Source: Nitrospirota bacterium
Lineage (GTDB): Bacteria > Nitrospirota > Nitrospiria > Nitrospirales > Nitrospiraceae
NCBI GenBank assembly: GCA_963701855.1
Contig: CAVPBK010000006.1
Location: forward strand, 1,056,001-1,120,000
Direction: 5' to 3'
DNA length: 64,000 nucleotides
Under the pieces are notes generated by a model, which saw nothing but the letters and a program-made list of their open reading frames with translations, was not told the DNA's origin and ran no database searches. The stretch's first letter is position 1; each line of letters opens with the position of its first letter. Shown piece by piece: positions 1 to 9,508 of the stretch. The position numbers were made by a program, and so were the translations under genes.

Positions 1-173
1 TCGATCTGGATGCGCATGCTAATATAGCCCTGCCCAAGGTGTCAAGAAACAGCCTCCCGCTATGAGCTGAGTCTGAAGGCAAAACAGGGTTCAATATACT
101 CAGATTTGCAGATCTTCGTTCACACGTATTCTGGATTCGGAAATACCGTCGGCCTAAGGGCACACCGACCACG

Positions 174-992
174 TTACACGATCTTCAACGTATCGAAGTT
201 GATCCCTGCGGGAGCAGGCGGTGTCTTCAGTTTCATATCTTCCAAGGATTCAACAATACGATCGGCGACCACGAGATTCCGATACCATTTCCGATTGGCA
301 GGCACGATATACCAGGGCGCATGCTTCGTGCTGGTGGCCGAGAGTACCTCTTCAAACACCTTCATATAGTCGGCCCAGAGTTTCCGTTCTTCCAAATCCC
401 CTTCGTTGAACTTCCAACGCTTTTCCGGATCGCGAATGCGCGCTTCCAACCGCGCTTTCTGCTCGTTTTTTGAGATGTGCAAAAAGACCTTGAGGATGGC
501 GGTCCCGTTTTCAGCCAGCAATTCTTCAAACTCTTTGATCTGGTTTAATCGTTGGGCCTCCACTTTGGCTGAGATCATCTTGTGGACCCGCGTAATAAGC
601 ACGTCTTCGTAATGCGATCGGTTAAAGATGCCGATCTGGCCCTTGGCCGGCACCTCGTGATGAACGCGCCAGAGAAAGTCATGGGCGAGTTCGCTATTGG
701 AAGGGGCCTTGAAGGTCGCCACCCTGCAGCCCTGCGGATTCACACCAGACATGACATGCTTGATCGTCCCGTCCTTGCCGCTGGTATCCATCCCCTGCAA
801 CACAATGAGCACCGCGCGGTTGCCGTTGGCGTAGAGGCGTTGCTGCAACTCCCCAAGTCTGCCGATCAACTGCACCGTAACGGCCTTCGCTTTCTCTTTG
901 CCTTGATCTGTATTCCTGTACTCACCGGTGTCGTCGGGATCGCACTTATCCAAGTTGAGTTGTGAGTCAGGCTTGACGCGATACTCTTTCAT
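174..992 (-). CDS. ppk2: Polyphosphate kinase 2 (PPK2) family protein
   Basis: Walker A-like QGMDTSGKDG, FNRSHYEDVL and APWYIVPANRKW motifs. Start placed at ATG 992 (MKEYRVK) after a GAGGA RBS; the longer ORF overlaps the divergent gene. Confidence 0.9.
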   Translation of the reverse strand: MKEYRVKPDSQLNLDKCDPDDTGEYRNTDQGKEKAKAVTVQLIGRLGELQQRLYANGNRAVLIVLQGMDTSGKDGTIKHVMSGVNPQGCRVATFKAPSNSELAHDFLWRVHHEVPAKGQIGIFNRSHYEDVLITRVHKMISAKVEAQRLNQIKEFEELLAENGTAILKVFLHISKNEQKARLEARIRDPEKRWKFNEGDLEERKLWADYMKVFEEVLSATSTKHAPWYIVPANRKWYRNLVVADRIVESLEDMKLKTPPAPAGINFDTLKIV

Positions 993-1116
993 GTTCGGTT
1001 CCTCCTCTACCTTCTTAGGCTCCTGTTCGAGGCGGCATTTTACTCTTTTCGTTCCAGCTTGACACCCACGAACAACTGGCAAAGAATGCGCCGAATTATT
1101 CAAGAGGAGGTGCTTC

Positions 1117-2169
1117 ATGGCAGTCGATCCGGACAAGCTGAACGCATTCATGGGCAAAGCAGTCAGCGACATTGGAGCTGCGCTGAGCGCCAACATGGTA
1201 CTCCTTGGCGACAGGCTCGGTCTCTACAAGGCCATGGCGAAGGCGGGTTCTGTCACGCCGGTTGAACTCGCAAAGTCGACAAAGACAGCAGAGCGGTACG
1301 TCCGTGAGTGGCTGGGCAATCAGGCAGCAGGCGGATACGTGACCTATGACGCCGGAACCGGCCGGTACCGGCTCCCTGAAGAACAGGCAATGGCACTCGC
1401 CGATGAAAACAGTTCTTGTTTTCTCCCCGGTGCATTTCAGGTCATTGCTGCCACATTTTCAGCCAACCCCAAGATCGAGAAGCGGTTCAAGACCGGCAAG
1501 GGTCTCGGATGGGATCAGCATGACCACCGTTTGTTTGAGGGCACAGAAAGATTCTTCCGTCCAAACTACCTGGGCAACCTTGTAACAAATTGGATTCCGT
1601 CACTCGACGGCGTGGAGGATAAGCTCAAACGGGGTGCGAAAGTCGCGGATGTCGGCTGCGGGTTCGGAGCCTCTACCATCATCATGGCGAAGGCTTATCC
1701 AAAATCCACCTTCATCGGCTTCGATTACCATAAACCCTCGATCCTGTCGGCACGCAAACGGGCCAAGGAGGCAGGCCTGAAGAACGTGACCTTCGCAACG
1801 TCGAAGTCCACAAACTATCCCGGCAAGGGATACGACTTCGTCGCCCACTTCGATTGTCTGCATGACATGGGCGATCCTGTCGGCGCTGCGAAGCATGTGA
1901 AGAAAACCCTCGCGCAGAATGGTACCTGGATGATCGTGGAGCCGTTCGCAAATGACCGTGTAGAAGATAATCTGAATCCAGTGGGCAGAGTCTTCTACGC
2001 CGCGTCGACAATGATCTGCGTACCAGCTTCCCTGGCATACAATGGCCCAGCTCTTGGTGCCCAAGCTGGGGAGGCGCGGCTCCGAGATGTGGTCATGAAA
2101 GGCGGGCTCACACGATTCCGCCGCGCGGCACAGACGCCGTTCAATCTAGTGTTGGAAGCCAGACCGTGA
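1117..2169 (+). CDS. Class I SAM-dependent methyltransferase with N-terminal winged-helix domain
   Basis: VADVGCGFG SAM motif, FDCLHDM motif and N-terminal ERYVREWL helix; GAGGAGG RBS upstream. Confidence 0.85.
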   Translation: MAVDPDKLNAFMGKAVSDIGAALSANMVLLGDRLGLYKAMAKAGSVTPVELAKSTKTAERYVREWLGNQAAGGYVTYDAGTGRYRLPEEQAMALADENSSCFLPGAFQVIAATFSANPKIEKRFKTGKGLGWDQHDHRLFEGTERFFRPNYLGNLVTNWIPSLDGVEDKLKRGAKVADVGCGFGASTIIMAKAYPKSTFIGFDYHKPSILSARKRAKEAGLKNVTFATSKSTNYPGKGYDFVAHFDCLHDMGDPVGAAKHVKKTLAQNGTWMIVEPFANDRVEDNLNPVGRVFYAASTMICVPASLAYNGPALGAQAGEARLRDVVMKGGLTRFRRAAQTPFNLVLEARP

Positions 2170-2273
2170 GACGCAACGACGACCCTCGCCAGCCTGGCTC
2201 CAGGGCCGCTTGCACTTTGGCACGGCTCCGGGCATAGTGCGGGAAATCGCACGACACGATCCGAGGAGGCACG

Positions 2274-2999
2274 ATGGGGCCACGACTCGCCGCCGAAGCG
2301 CTCGGCACCTTCTGGTTAGTCTTTGCCGGCTGCGGGAGCGCACTCCTGAGCGCCGGCCTTCCGCAGCTCGGCATCGGGGTCGTCGGGATCGCGTTTGCCT
2401 TCGGAGTGGCCGTGGTCACGGCGGTCTACGCCTTCGGCCATATCTCGGGCTGCCATATTAACCCCGCGGTCACCATCGGGCTCCTGCTCAGCAAGCGCTT
2501 CCCCGCCCACGAAGTCCCGGGCTATCTTGCCGCCCAAGTGATCGGCGGGATTCTCGGGGCCGGGGTGCTCTATCTCATCGCCACCGGGCGGGCCGGCTTC
2601 GTCCCCGGCGGCTTCGCCTCCAATGGCTATGGCGAGCACTCTCCAGCCGGCTATTCCCTGCTGGCCGGGTTCTGCGCCGAGACCGTCTTCGCCTTTTTTT
2701 TCCTCCTGATCATTCTGGGCTCGACGGACAGCCGGGCCCCCCAGGGCTTCGCCCCCTTGGCCATCGGCCTCGCCGTGGCCCTGATCAATTGGGCCGGGAT
2801 TCCGGTCACCAATCTCTCCCTCAACCCGGCGCGCAGCACCGCCACGGCCGTCTTTGCCGACGGCTGGGCCCTGCAACAACTCTGGCTCTTCTGGGTCGCG
2901 CCGATCCTGGGCGGCGCCCTTGCAGGCGTGGTCTATCCCTTCCTTGCCGGTCCGCCCGCCGGCAGCCCGACGAAACGCGAGGCCAAGGCGGCACGCTAG
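2274..2999 (+). CDS. aqpZ: Aquaporin Z
   Basis: Two NPA motifs (HINPAVT, SLNPARS) and the AqpZ-typical [11 protein letters not shown] loop. Confidence 0.92.
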   Translation: MGPRLAAEALGTFWLVFAGCGSALLSAGLPQLGIGVVGIAFAFGVAVVTAVYAFGHISGCHINPAVTIGLLLSKRFPAHEVPGYLAAQVIGGILGAGVLYLIATGRAGFVPGGFASNGYGEHSPAGYSLLAGFCAETVFAFFFLLIILGSTDSRAPQGFAPLAIGLAVALINWAGIPVTNLSLNPARSTATAVFADGWALQQLWLFWVAPILGGALAGVVYPFLAGPPAGSPTKREAKAAR

Positions 3000-3009
3000 G
3001 CCGCGCGGC

Positions 3010-3960
3010 CTACGGCAGGGGCGGCACGTCTTGCACACAGCGAAAGCCGACGTGGGGGTCATGCTCGGTGGGGTCGCTTTTTGTCCGAAAGGCGGCTCGG
3101 AGCCGATACGGCCCATTGATGTACGAGCCGCCGCGCTGTACCTTCGTCGTGCCCTCCATCGGGCCCCGGGGATTGAGCGCAGGCAGCGGCGTGTAGAACG
3201 CATCGTCGTACCAGTCGGCGACCCATTCATAGAGATTGCCGGCCAGATCATGGACCCCATAGGGGCTGGTGCCCTTGTTCCGATCCCCAATGGGCGAGAC
3301 CGTCTCCGTCCCTTCCTTCAACCCAAAGACCGCATGCAGGGGCGTCGGGGGATCGCTCCCCCACGGATAGAGGCGGCCCTCCGGGCCCCGGGCCGCCTTC
3401 TCCCACTCGGCTTCGGTCGGCAAGCGCTTCCCCGCCCAGAGACAATAGCCCGTGGCCTCCAGCCAGTTCACCCAGCGCACCGGCCGCTCGGCATGGAGCA
3501 CCGGCGTCTCCTGGTCCGCAAACCCCCACGGCGGTTCACTCTGAATCGCGACGACAAACTTCGCAAACTGCCCGTTCGTCACTTCGAACGTGTCCAGATA
3601 AAAACTGTCGAGAAAGACGCGGTGGACGGGCTGCTCGTCGTCATCGCCCTGCTCGCTCCCCATCGGAAACTCCCCGGCCGGCACCAGCACCATGGGTGCC
3701 CCATCCTTGCCGAGGATCGTCGCTGGGAGCTTGGAGAGAGCCCGTGCCTTCGAGGCCGGACTCCCGTTGGTCAGAGGATGCGCCTTCCCTGGAGGTTTCG
3801 CCTCACCCGCCGCCCCATGTGGTTTGGGAGGCGTCGGAGCCAACTCCGCCTCCGGCTTCCCTGGGGACACCTCATTGGCCCATGTAAGCCCGCTGGTGAG
3901 CCACACCACGGACCACAGACTGAACATCATCGCGTAAATCACGCTTCGGGCCTGTATCAT
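3010..3960 (-). CDS. Formylglycine-generating-enzyme-like (SUMF1/EgtB/PvdO) domain protein, exported
   Basis: RLPTEAEWEKAARG, DLAGNLYEW, RGGS and GFRC motifs; N-terminal signal-like segment. The FGE catalytic Cys pair after RGGS is absent. Confidence 0.85.
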   Translation of the reverse strand: MIQARSVIYAMMFSLWSVVWLTSGLTWANEVSPGKPEAELAPTPPKPHGAAGEAKPPGKAHPLTNGSPASKARALSKLPATILGKDGAPMVLVPAGEFPMGSEQGDDDEQPVHRVFLDSFYLDTFEVTNGQFAKFVVAIQSEPPWGFADQETPVLHAERPVRWVNWLEATGYCLWAGKRLPTEAEWEKAARGPEGRLYPWGSDPPTPLHAVFGLKEGTETVSPIGDRNKGTSPYGVHDLAGNLYEWVADWYDDAFYTPLPALNPRGPMEGTTKVQRGGSYINGPYRLRAAFRTKSDPTEHDPHVGFRCVQDVPPLP

Positions 3961-4309
3961 CAACTCTATCCGCTTCCGTTATTGAGCGAGAGCCGCAAGC
4001 ACCCGGGACAGAGTACCGAAAATTGCCAAGACAAATCCAGAGAGGAGATCCAATTTCAGTCTAGTTCATGATTCTACCCACGATGCGTAGGCCTGAACCC
4101 ACAGTGGAGAGGGATCGTTCATGGAAGAGATGCGTGTGCTGAAAGTAAAGAGACTGGAGGGGGCCGGCGCCTGCAATCACGATTCATCGTAAAAGAGGCG
4201 CCGAGAGGTGCACCGCTTGATCGCATTCACTGGAGGTAGTGAACTATCCCCGCGCACATTGGAGGCGCGGGGTCGAGCATACTCAGAGACAAACCCTTGA
4301 GGTGTTTAT

Positions 4310-4351
4310 CCGCTGGCCTCAAATATGATAATTCGATAAAGAGGCCAGCGG
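4310..4351. terminator. Hairpin downstream of ssrA (possible terminator)
   Basis: 11-bp perfect stem CCGCTGGCCTC/GAGGCCAGCGG about 20 nt past the tmRNA 3' end; no clear U-tract. Confidence 0.4.
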
Positions 4352-4369
4352 CACGCACGAAGTGCGGTT

Positions 4370-4719
4370 TGGTGGAGGCGCCGGGAGTTGAACCCGGGTC
4401 CGAAGACCTTCAGCACAACGGATCTACATGTGTAGCCGATCGTTTTAATTTCGCAGCCACCCACGCCCACCGGCTAGCTTAGACTGGCCACTAGCCCAGT
4501 ATTGTCTCGTCCTCAGCCGCTGAGCACCAGCCTTGGACCAGCCCGCTGTATCGCGCTCCGACCACCCCCGCGGGCCTCAGGTGGAGGAACGTCGCAGTTA
4601 ATTAAGCTGCGAGTGCCAGTTCTTGATTGGCAGTTACATTTTCCCGGAGGATTTACGAGACCCCGAGAGCTCGACATGCACCGCTGACTTTAGTATCCCC
4701 GTCGATTCCGGTCGCCCCC
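4370..4719 (-). ncRNA. ssrA: tmRNA (transfer-messenger RNA), tag peptide (A)ANQELALAA
   Basis: 5' GGGGGCG pairs with 3' CGCCTCC-ACCA, giving the G3:U70 alanine identity; T-arm GGGTTCAACTCCC; internal frame GCC AAT CAA GAA CTG GCA CTC GCA GCT TAA. Confidence 0.97.
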
Positions 4720-4727
4720 CTTTCGGT

Positions 4728-4848
4728 CGGATGTTGAAAAAGGCTTCTGGCTGCGTTCTCGCATCGCTCAACGCCTCAACGTACTGGAAAGTACGCCTCG
4801 GCATTTCGTTCGCTGCGGCCTTGCTGGACGGCCATTTTGAACAACCTG
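4728..4848 (+). repeat. Family A ~120-nt palindromic repeat (REP/MITE-like), copy 1
   Basis: Terminal arms GGATGTTGAAAA...TTTTGAACAACC; conserved CGTTCTCG, CTCAACGTAC..GTACGCCTC and CTGCGGCCTTGCTGG blocks shared with the other copies. Confidence 0.9.
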
Positions 4849-4960
4849 TCTGGATGAAGCAGGTTCTTCCGTTCCAATCCAGCTTGTTTCAGCTGCTCAT
4901 GATACCGCACAGGTCAAGGAGATGCTAGGGAGGGGCCAGAATTGACAGGTCATAGCAAAG

Positions 4961-5441
4961 CTACATGAACTTGCGGCGTTTGAAGGCTTTGATATCTTCT
5001 GCCGTCAGTTCAAACCATTCACCATTACCACGTTTAGCCTCGAACCGTTTGTGCCAATAGGCCTCAATCCCTCTCGGATCGTCGGTCTTGATCACGTGAA
5101 CGGTATTGACATTTTTCTGGGAGTTGAATCGCTAATTCACATTGCCTTCTCCCAACCGCGTTCGTCATCCCGATCTTATAGTATGGAAAGTGGCCCAATT
5201 TCTTGATAAGGGCAATATACTTCTCCAGAAGCGCTTCGGGAGTCCATGCTATTTCCATCTCATTTGGAGAGAAGCCTGCCTCTCTCAGTGCATCACCCCA
5301 TCGGAGCCAGTGATCCGGGTACCAATCACTTTTCTTTATTCCTGTATCGCTCTTGAACCGCAGGATGCCTGGAGACTTGCCGCCATTTGCTTTTGCGACT
5401 CGTTTAATCTTGTTAAGGATGTGCTGCTTATCAATTGCCAT
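4961..5441 (-). pseudogene. Frameshifted GIY-YIG-like (T5orf172/MUG113-type) nuclease
   Basis: One frame reads MAIDKQ...[21 protein letters not shown]. After a one-base shift at the A-run near 5112 the domain continues [35 protein letters not shown]...M*. The span is 481 nt (3n+1). Confidence 0.75.
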
Positions 5442-5556
5442 CGCTACTACCCCATAGTCTTGAAGCACGACACAACATCAGACGCTGGACCCTAGCGAGA
5501 AGCCATAGGCCATGTCAACGGCTCCATCGTCCCACGATCACGAACTCTTTCCTCGC

Positions 5557-5733
5557 GACGGTTCGTGGCGAAATCCAAAGCCGCGTCGCGAGCCCGACGC
5601 GCGGAGGCGCGCAGGACCGAGGCGTACCGGAGAAGTACGTTGAGGGACTATGCGATGAGCCCGTTGGCCTGGCCACGCTCGGCAGTGGCCAGGCTTGTCG
5701 CAGCAGCGGATCTGCGATTGCAGCAGAATCGTC
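5557..5733. repeat. Family B ~175-nt palindromic repeat, copy 1
   Basis: GACGGTTCGTGGCGAAATC...GTCGCAGCAGCGGAT..CGATTGCAGCAGAATCGTC, matching 45533-45692; central GAGGCGTAC..GTACGTTGAG hairpin shared with family A. Confidence 0.8.
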
Positions 5734-7366
5734 ATGCGCTTTTGAAGCGGGTCACCTTGGCAAACACAATCGCGGCGAAGGGGAGGGCCAGGCCAAGAAC
5801 CAATTGCGCGATGAGGAGCAAACCAAGCTGGCTATAGTCGGCAGGCGTTTGAATGGCGCCGGAAACCTGGTCACGGACTTCCCGACTGACCACATAAATC
5901 TCATTCATGTACTTGGTACCGAGTTGGCTCAACGATAAGGCCAGATTCGTAAATGAAGCCATCACGGCAAAAAATGTGGCTTTCAAGTTCGCAGGCGCAC
6001 TGTTCGCAATCCAGGCCAGCATCGGAATCATAGAGATCTGACCGAGCGGCGATTCCAACGCCGTATCGACCAGCGCAATGAATCGTGCATCGACCACCCC
6101 TCCTGTGATTCTCGCCGTCCATTCGTGCAAACCGTAGAACATGCTCACGATCGGGAGGGTCAGGATAGTTCCGATCACCGTAAGAAACCCCACGACATAG
6201 GCAATCGAGCGCTCGGCCATGAAACGGCGAAACACGAACATGCCAACCAAGGTTAAGGTGCTGCCGATGAGCGAGAGGATCGAGAGAAACTGCTGATCGA
6301 ACTTCAGCTGATCAATCATCCACCAGGTCGTTCCTGGCCCGGTCCCTGGGATTGCCCGGAATATAAAGACCACGACCGCCGTCCCAACCAGGGTGAATCG
6401 CTTGTCCGGCTCCAGCTCTCGCACCAGCCGGGCCATCAAGAGCAAAACGATGGCCATCGAACCGACAAAGACAATCTCTTCGCTATAAGAGAAGCCGCCG
6501 AATCCGACCGTCAGCGTAAACAGCACGAAAGCGAGGCTCCCGCCAAGAATCCACCAATTCGGCCTCGTCGGTTCACCAGACGATTCCCGTGCATCCATCA
6601 TCTGCATGGCCTGTTCACGCGAGAAGCCCTGTTGAGTAAGTTGATGCCGATGCTGTCGCCGCAGCCACCACGCCATCGCCAGCCCGAGGACTGAAACGAA
6701 AGGAATGACGAGCGCCATCAGATAGACCTGTTTGTAGAGCCGAACGATCTCTGCCTGCGGAAGCCCTTCGACCCCCGTGAAGACATACACGTTGATCATC
6801 GCCACCAGAACCCCGCCGCCGATGATGGCCACGCGCCCAAGCGTCTGCATGGTGGTGTGCATGAGCTTGAGTGTCGGCTGGTCGAACGGCTGACCCTGCG
6901 CATCCACTCGTGGCACGGCTTCGACCGTCATCGCATCCGCAACCGCGTCTTGCACCACGTAGCCGATCGGCCCGAGCAATGTGCTGACCACAAACCACAC
7001 TTCCGCCGGCAAGATCGCGGTCATCGCTTCTCGACTTCCGATCAATGCCGCCATGATCCCAAGACTGGCAGCCAGCAAACTGGCTCCAAGTCCCACAAGC
7101 CAGCCTTTCCAGCGCCACAAAAGATCGACAAGATGCCCGATCGGCATCTTGAGTGCCCAGGGAATGCCGGCCCAAAATCCCAGCGCCGCGAGGAAGGATG
7201 CGGAGAGGCCGAGGTAGTCTTTGACAAAGAAGGTGCCAACGATTCCGGTGAGGCCGGAAATCCCGTAGGCCATGTAGACCATGAGCGGCGGTAGATAGGA
7301 GAGCCGCATCTCACGGCCGAGGGAAAGAATGTTGCGGTCGATCCACAGAACGAAACGTGTGAACAT
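5732..7366 (-). CDS. BT1-family (folate/biopterin-type) MFS transporter
   Basis: About 12 hydrophobic segments; LSYLPPLMVY, IPWALKMPIG and ATFFAVMASFTNLA motifs. Confidence 0.75.
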   Translation of the reverse strand: MFTRFVLWIDRNILSLGREMRLSYLPPLMVYMAYGISGLTGIVGTFFVKDYLGLSASFLAALGFWAGIPWALKMPIGHLVDLLWRWKGWLVGLGASLLAASLGIMAALIGSREAMTAILPAEVWFVVSTLLGPIGYVVQDAVADAMTVEAVPRVDAQGQPFDQPTLKLMHTTMQTLGRVAIIGGGVLVAMINVYVFTGVEGLPQAEIVRLYKQVYLMALVIPFVSVLGLAMAWWLRRQHRHQLTQQGFSREQAMQMMDARESSGEPTRPNWWILGGSLAFVLFTLTVGFGGFSYSEEIVFVGSMAIVLLLMARLVRELEPDKRFTLVGTAVVVFIFRAIPGTGPGTTWWMIDQLKFDQQFLSILSLIGSTLTLVGMFVFRRFMAERSIAYVVGFLTVIGTILTLPIVSMFYGLHEWTARITGGVVDARFIALVDTALESPLGQISMIPMLAWIANSAPANLKATFFAVMASFTNLALSLSQLGTKYMNEIYVVSREVRDQVSGAIQTPADYSQLGLLLIAQLVLGLALPFAAIVFAKVTRFKSA

Positions 7367-7368
7367 CG

Positions 7369-8250
7369 CTATGGCACGACCCTGGTGGTCTCGCGGCGCT
7401 CGATTAGGGCCCGCAGCTGTGCGCGCATCTCGTCAGCCGACAAGCGAATCCGACCCCCATGTCCGGCCAGCACCCACTCGAATGGATGGTCGAGAAGTTT
7501 CCGGATGGAGTCCATCAGGACATGCTTCCTCCACACCAGCTGGCTTGGAGCACTAAGTCTCTTCTGTGCGGAGTCCCACCAGAGATGATCTCCCGTGAAG
7601 AGAAACCGGTTCTTGTAGAGCAAGGCCATGCTGCCTGCCGTGTGGCCCGGCACAGGAATGATCTGGAACTGCGGCATGGCTTGAATACTGTCAGCCCCTT
7701 CGATGATCCATTCTGCACCCGGAACTGCTTCGCCGTCCGCCCGATGAATTATCCGTTTCGCGCCGAAGTGTGCGGCATACTTCTCTGCATCGGCCACATC
7801 GTCTTTGTGCGTGAGAAAGATATACGCGATGCCACCCTTGTGTTCAAAGGCCTCGACAAGATGTTTGAGATACCGCGGGGAATCAATGAGCCAGTTGCCG
7901 TCCGGATGTTCGATGAAGAAGCTATTTGCGCCGAACGACTTCTCCGAATTGAAACCGCAGTACGACACCCCGTCTTCAAGTTGGAGCGGGAAGCTCGCCA
8001 TAGCTTCTTTCATCCGCAACTGGTCGCTGTGCTCGGCGCCGATCGAGCCGACCGGGCAGGCGAGGAGCGCTTGATAGGCCTGATGAGAATGCCCCTCATC
8101 GGCCGGCTGTTTGGTGACCGCGGAAAACTTACCGACTTCTTCGAAACTCATCGGCGCCAACTGCCGGCAAGTGTCGCAGTTGATGCAGGTCGCATCGACA
8201 TAAAAATTGCCCGCGACATTGGAATCGAGTCGTTTTTTCTCATCGGCCAT
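7369..8250 (-). CDS. Ferredoxin-fused metallo-beta-lactamase-fold hydrolase
   Basis: N-terminal CINCDTC...ACP cluster motif, then THKDDVAD, PGHTAGS, FTGDH and LAGHG MBL motifs. Confidence 0.88.
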   Translation of the reverse strand: MADEKKRLDSNVAGNFYVDATCINCDTCRQLAPMSFEEVGKFSAVTKQPADEGHSHQAYQALLACPVGSIGAEHSDQLRMKEAMASFPLQLEDGVSYCGFNSEKSFGANSFFIEHPDGNWLIDSPRYLKHLVEAFEHKGGIAYIFLTHKDDVADAEKYAAHFGAKRIIHRADGEAVPGAEWIIEGADSIQAMPQFQIIPVPGHTAGSMALLYKNRFLFTGDHLWWDSAQKRLSAPSQLVWRKHVLMDSIRKLLDHPFEWVLAGHGGRIRLSADEMRAQLRALIERRETTRVVP

Positions 8251-8260
8251 GGTTCAACCT

Positions 8261-8923
8261 TTATGCGTCGCCACCTGTAACCTTCTTAGCTACTTTTGCT
8301 TGATCGGCCGCCCGCCAGAGGTACCAGGCTGCAGCCGTGCGATAGGGCTTCCAACGTTCCCCATATCGCAGCATCTCTTTCGGCATCGGCATCGAACGCT
8401 TCCCATAGGCGATGCGGAATCCATTGCGCACACCAAAGTCGTCAACCGGCAGAACGTCCGGCCGTCCCAGTTGGAAGATCAGCAACATTTCGACCGTCCA
8501 ACGGCCAATCCCTCGAACCGCGATGAGCCGCTCGATGATCACCTCGTCGTCGAGCTTACGAACGATGGCGCCGGTCGGCACGGTACCATCGAGCGTTTTG
8601 GCGGCCAGATCACGGAGCGCTGCAACCTTGGCTTGTGAAAAGCCTGCCCAACGAATAGCCTGCTCGTCCATTGCGAGGAGATCGTCCGGTTGAGGGAATC
8701 GCTTTGTTGGAAACAAGGCAACGAAACGGCGCAAAATACTCTCCGCCGCTTTCTCATGCAGTTGTTGGTAGGCGATCGCTCGTGCCAGCGATTCAAACGG
8801 TGACCGCTTCGATCGAGGAGTTAATGTGAAGGGACCCACCTCACGGATCAACCGACGCATGACCGGATCCATCTTGGCGAGATGCTTGATTTCCGGTGCC
8901 TGTCGATTCATTTGAACACTCAC
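8261..8923 (-). CDS. alkA: DNA-3-methyladenine glycosylase II (HhH-GPD, AlkA-like)
   Basis: HhH VRGIGRWTVEM, LPVDDFGVR and WKPYRTAAAWYLW motifs. Confidence 0.85.
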   Translation of the reverse strand: MSVQMNRQAPEIKHLAKMDPVMRRLIREVGPFTLTPRSKRSPFESLARAIAYQQLHEKAAESILRRFVALFPTKRFPQPDDLLAMDEQAIRWAGFSQAKVAALRDLAAKTLDGTVPTGAIVRKLDDEVIIERLIAVRGIGRWTVEMLLIFQLGRPDVLPVDDFGVRNGFRIAYGKRSMPMPKEMLRYGERWKPYRTAAAWYLWRAADQAKVAKKVTGGDA

Positions 8924-8936
8924 GCGGCCACCTTGA

Positions 8937-9329
8937 TTATTGTCCCTGGCTCAAAATGGCATCGGCCTCGATCTCGACCAACATCTCCGGATCGATCAGC
9001 CGTTTCACTTCCACCATCGTTGTCGCCGGACGAATCGAGCCAAATACTTCGCCATGAGCCCGACCGACATCCTGCCATTGATCGATGTTCACCAAGTAGA
9101 TACGCGTCCGGACCACATCGGCAAGCGAGGCGTCGGCCTGCTTGAGAGCTGCTTCAATTGTCTTCAACGTCTGAATCGTCTGAGCATAGGGATCTCCCTT
9201 GCCGACCAGACCAGATTGAGTCATGGCCGTCGAGCCGGAAACGGATATCGAAGCCCCGACCCGTACCGCTCGCGAGTACCCAAGCTTGCTCTCCCACGGA
9301 CCACCAGTGGAAATATTCTGCCGCCCCAT
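8937..9329 (-). CDS. RidA/YjgF family protein
   Basis: GYSRAVRVG, RPATTMVEV and LVEIEADA motifs; start trimmed to MGRQNIS after an AGGAGG RBS. Confidence 0.88.
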   Translation of the reverse strand: MGRQNISTGGPWESKLGYSRAVRVGASISVSGSTAMTQSGLVGKGDPYAQTIQTLKTIEAALKQADASLADVVRTRIYLVNIDQWQDVGRAHGEVFGSIRPATTMVEVKRLIDPEMLVEIEADAILSQGQ

Positions 9330-9411
9330 CCGTTTCCTCCTACAAGGCTGTGACAAACTCGGTTTATACACAATATATTATTGGAATATTCCATATTGGC
9401 ACCGATGGCAA

Positions 9412-9508
9412 CAAGGCCGCAGCGAGCGAAGAGGCGAAGCCTACGCTTCGGTACGTTGAGCCTCTGAGCGATGCGAGAACGAAGCTGGCGGACTTTTTCA
9501 GCATCCTG
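9412..9508 (-). repeat. Family A repeat, copy 2 (one arm truncated)
   Basis: Minus strand CAGGATGCTGAAAAAGTCCGCCAGCTTCGTTCTCG...CTGCGGCCTTG; begins directly after the TAG stop of the SDR gene. Confidence 0.88.

Noticed and set aside
2316..4071. Long ORFs 2316-3290 (-) and 2854-4071 (+)
   Set aside because: Shadow frames over aqpZ and the FGE-like gene in GC-rich DNA; no recognisable motifs.
4260..4279. TGGAGGCGC as an att duplication of the ssrA 3' end
   Set aside because: Only about 9 bp match, about 110 bp from ssrA, with no integrase; better explained as part of a local hairpin.
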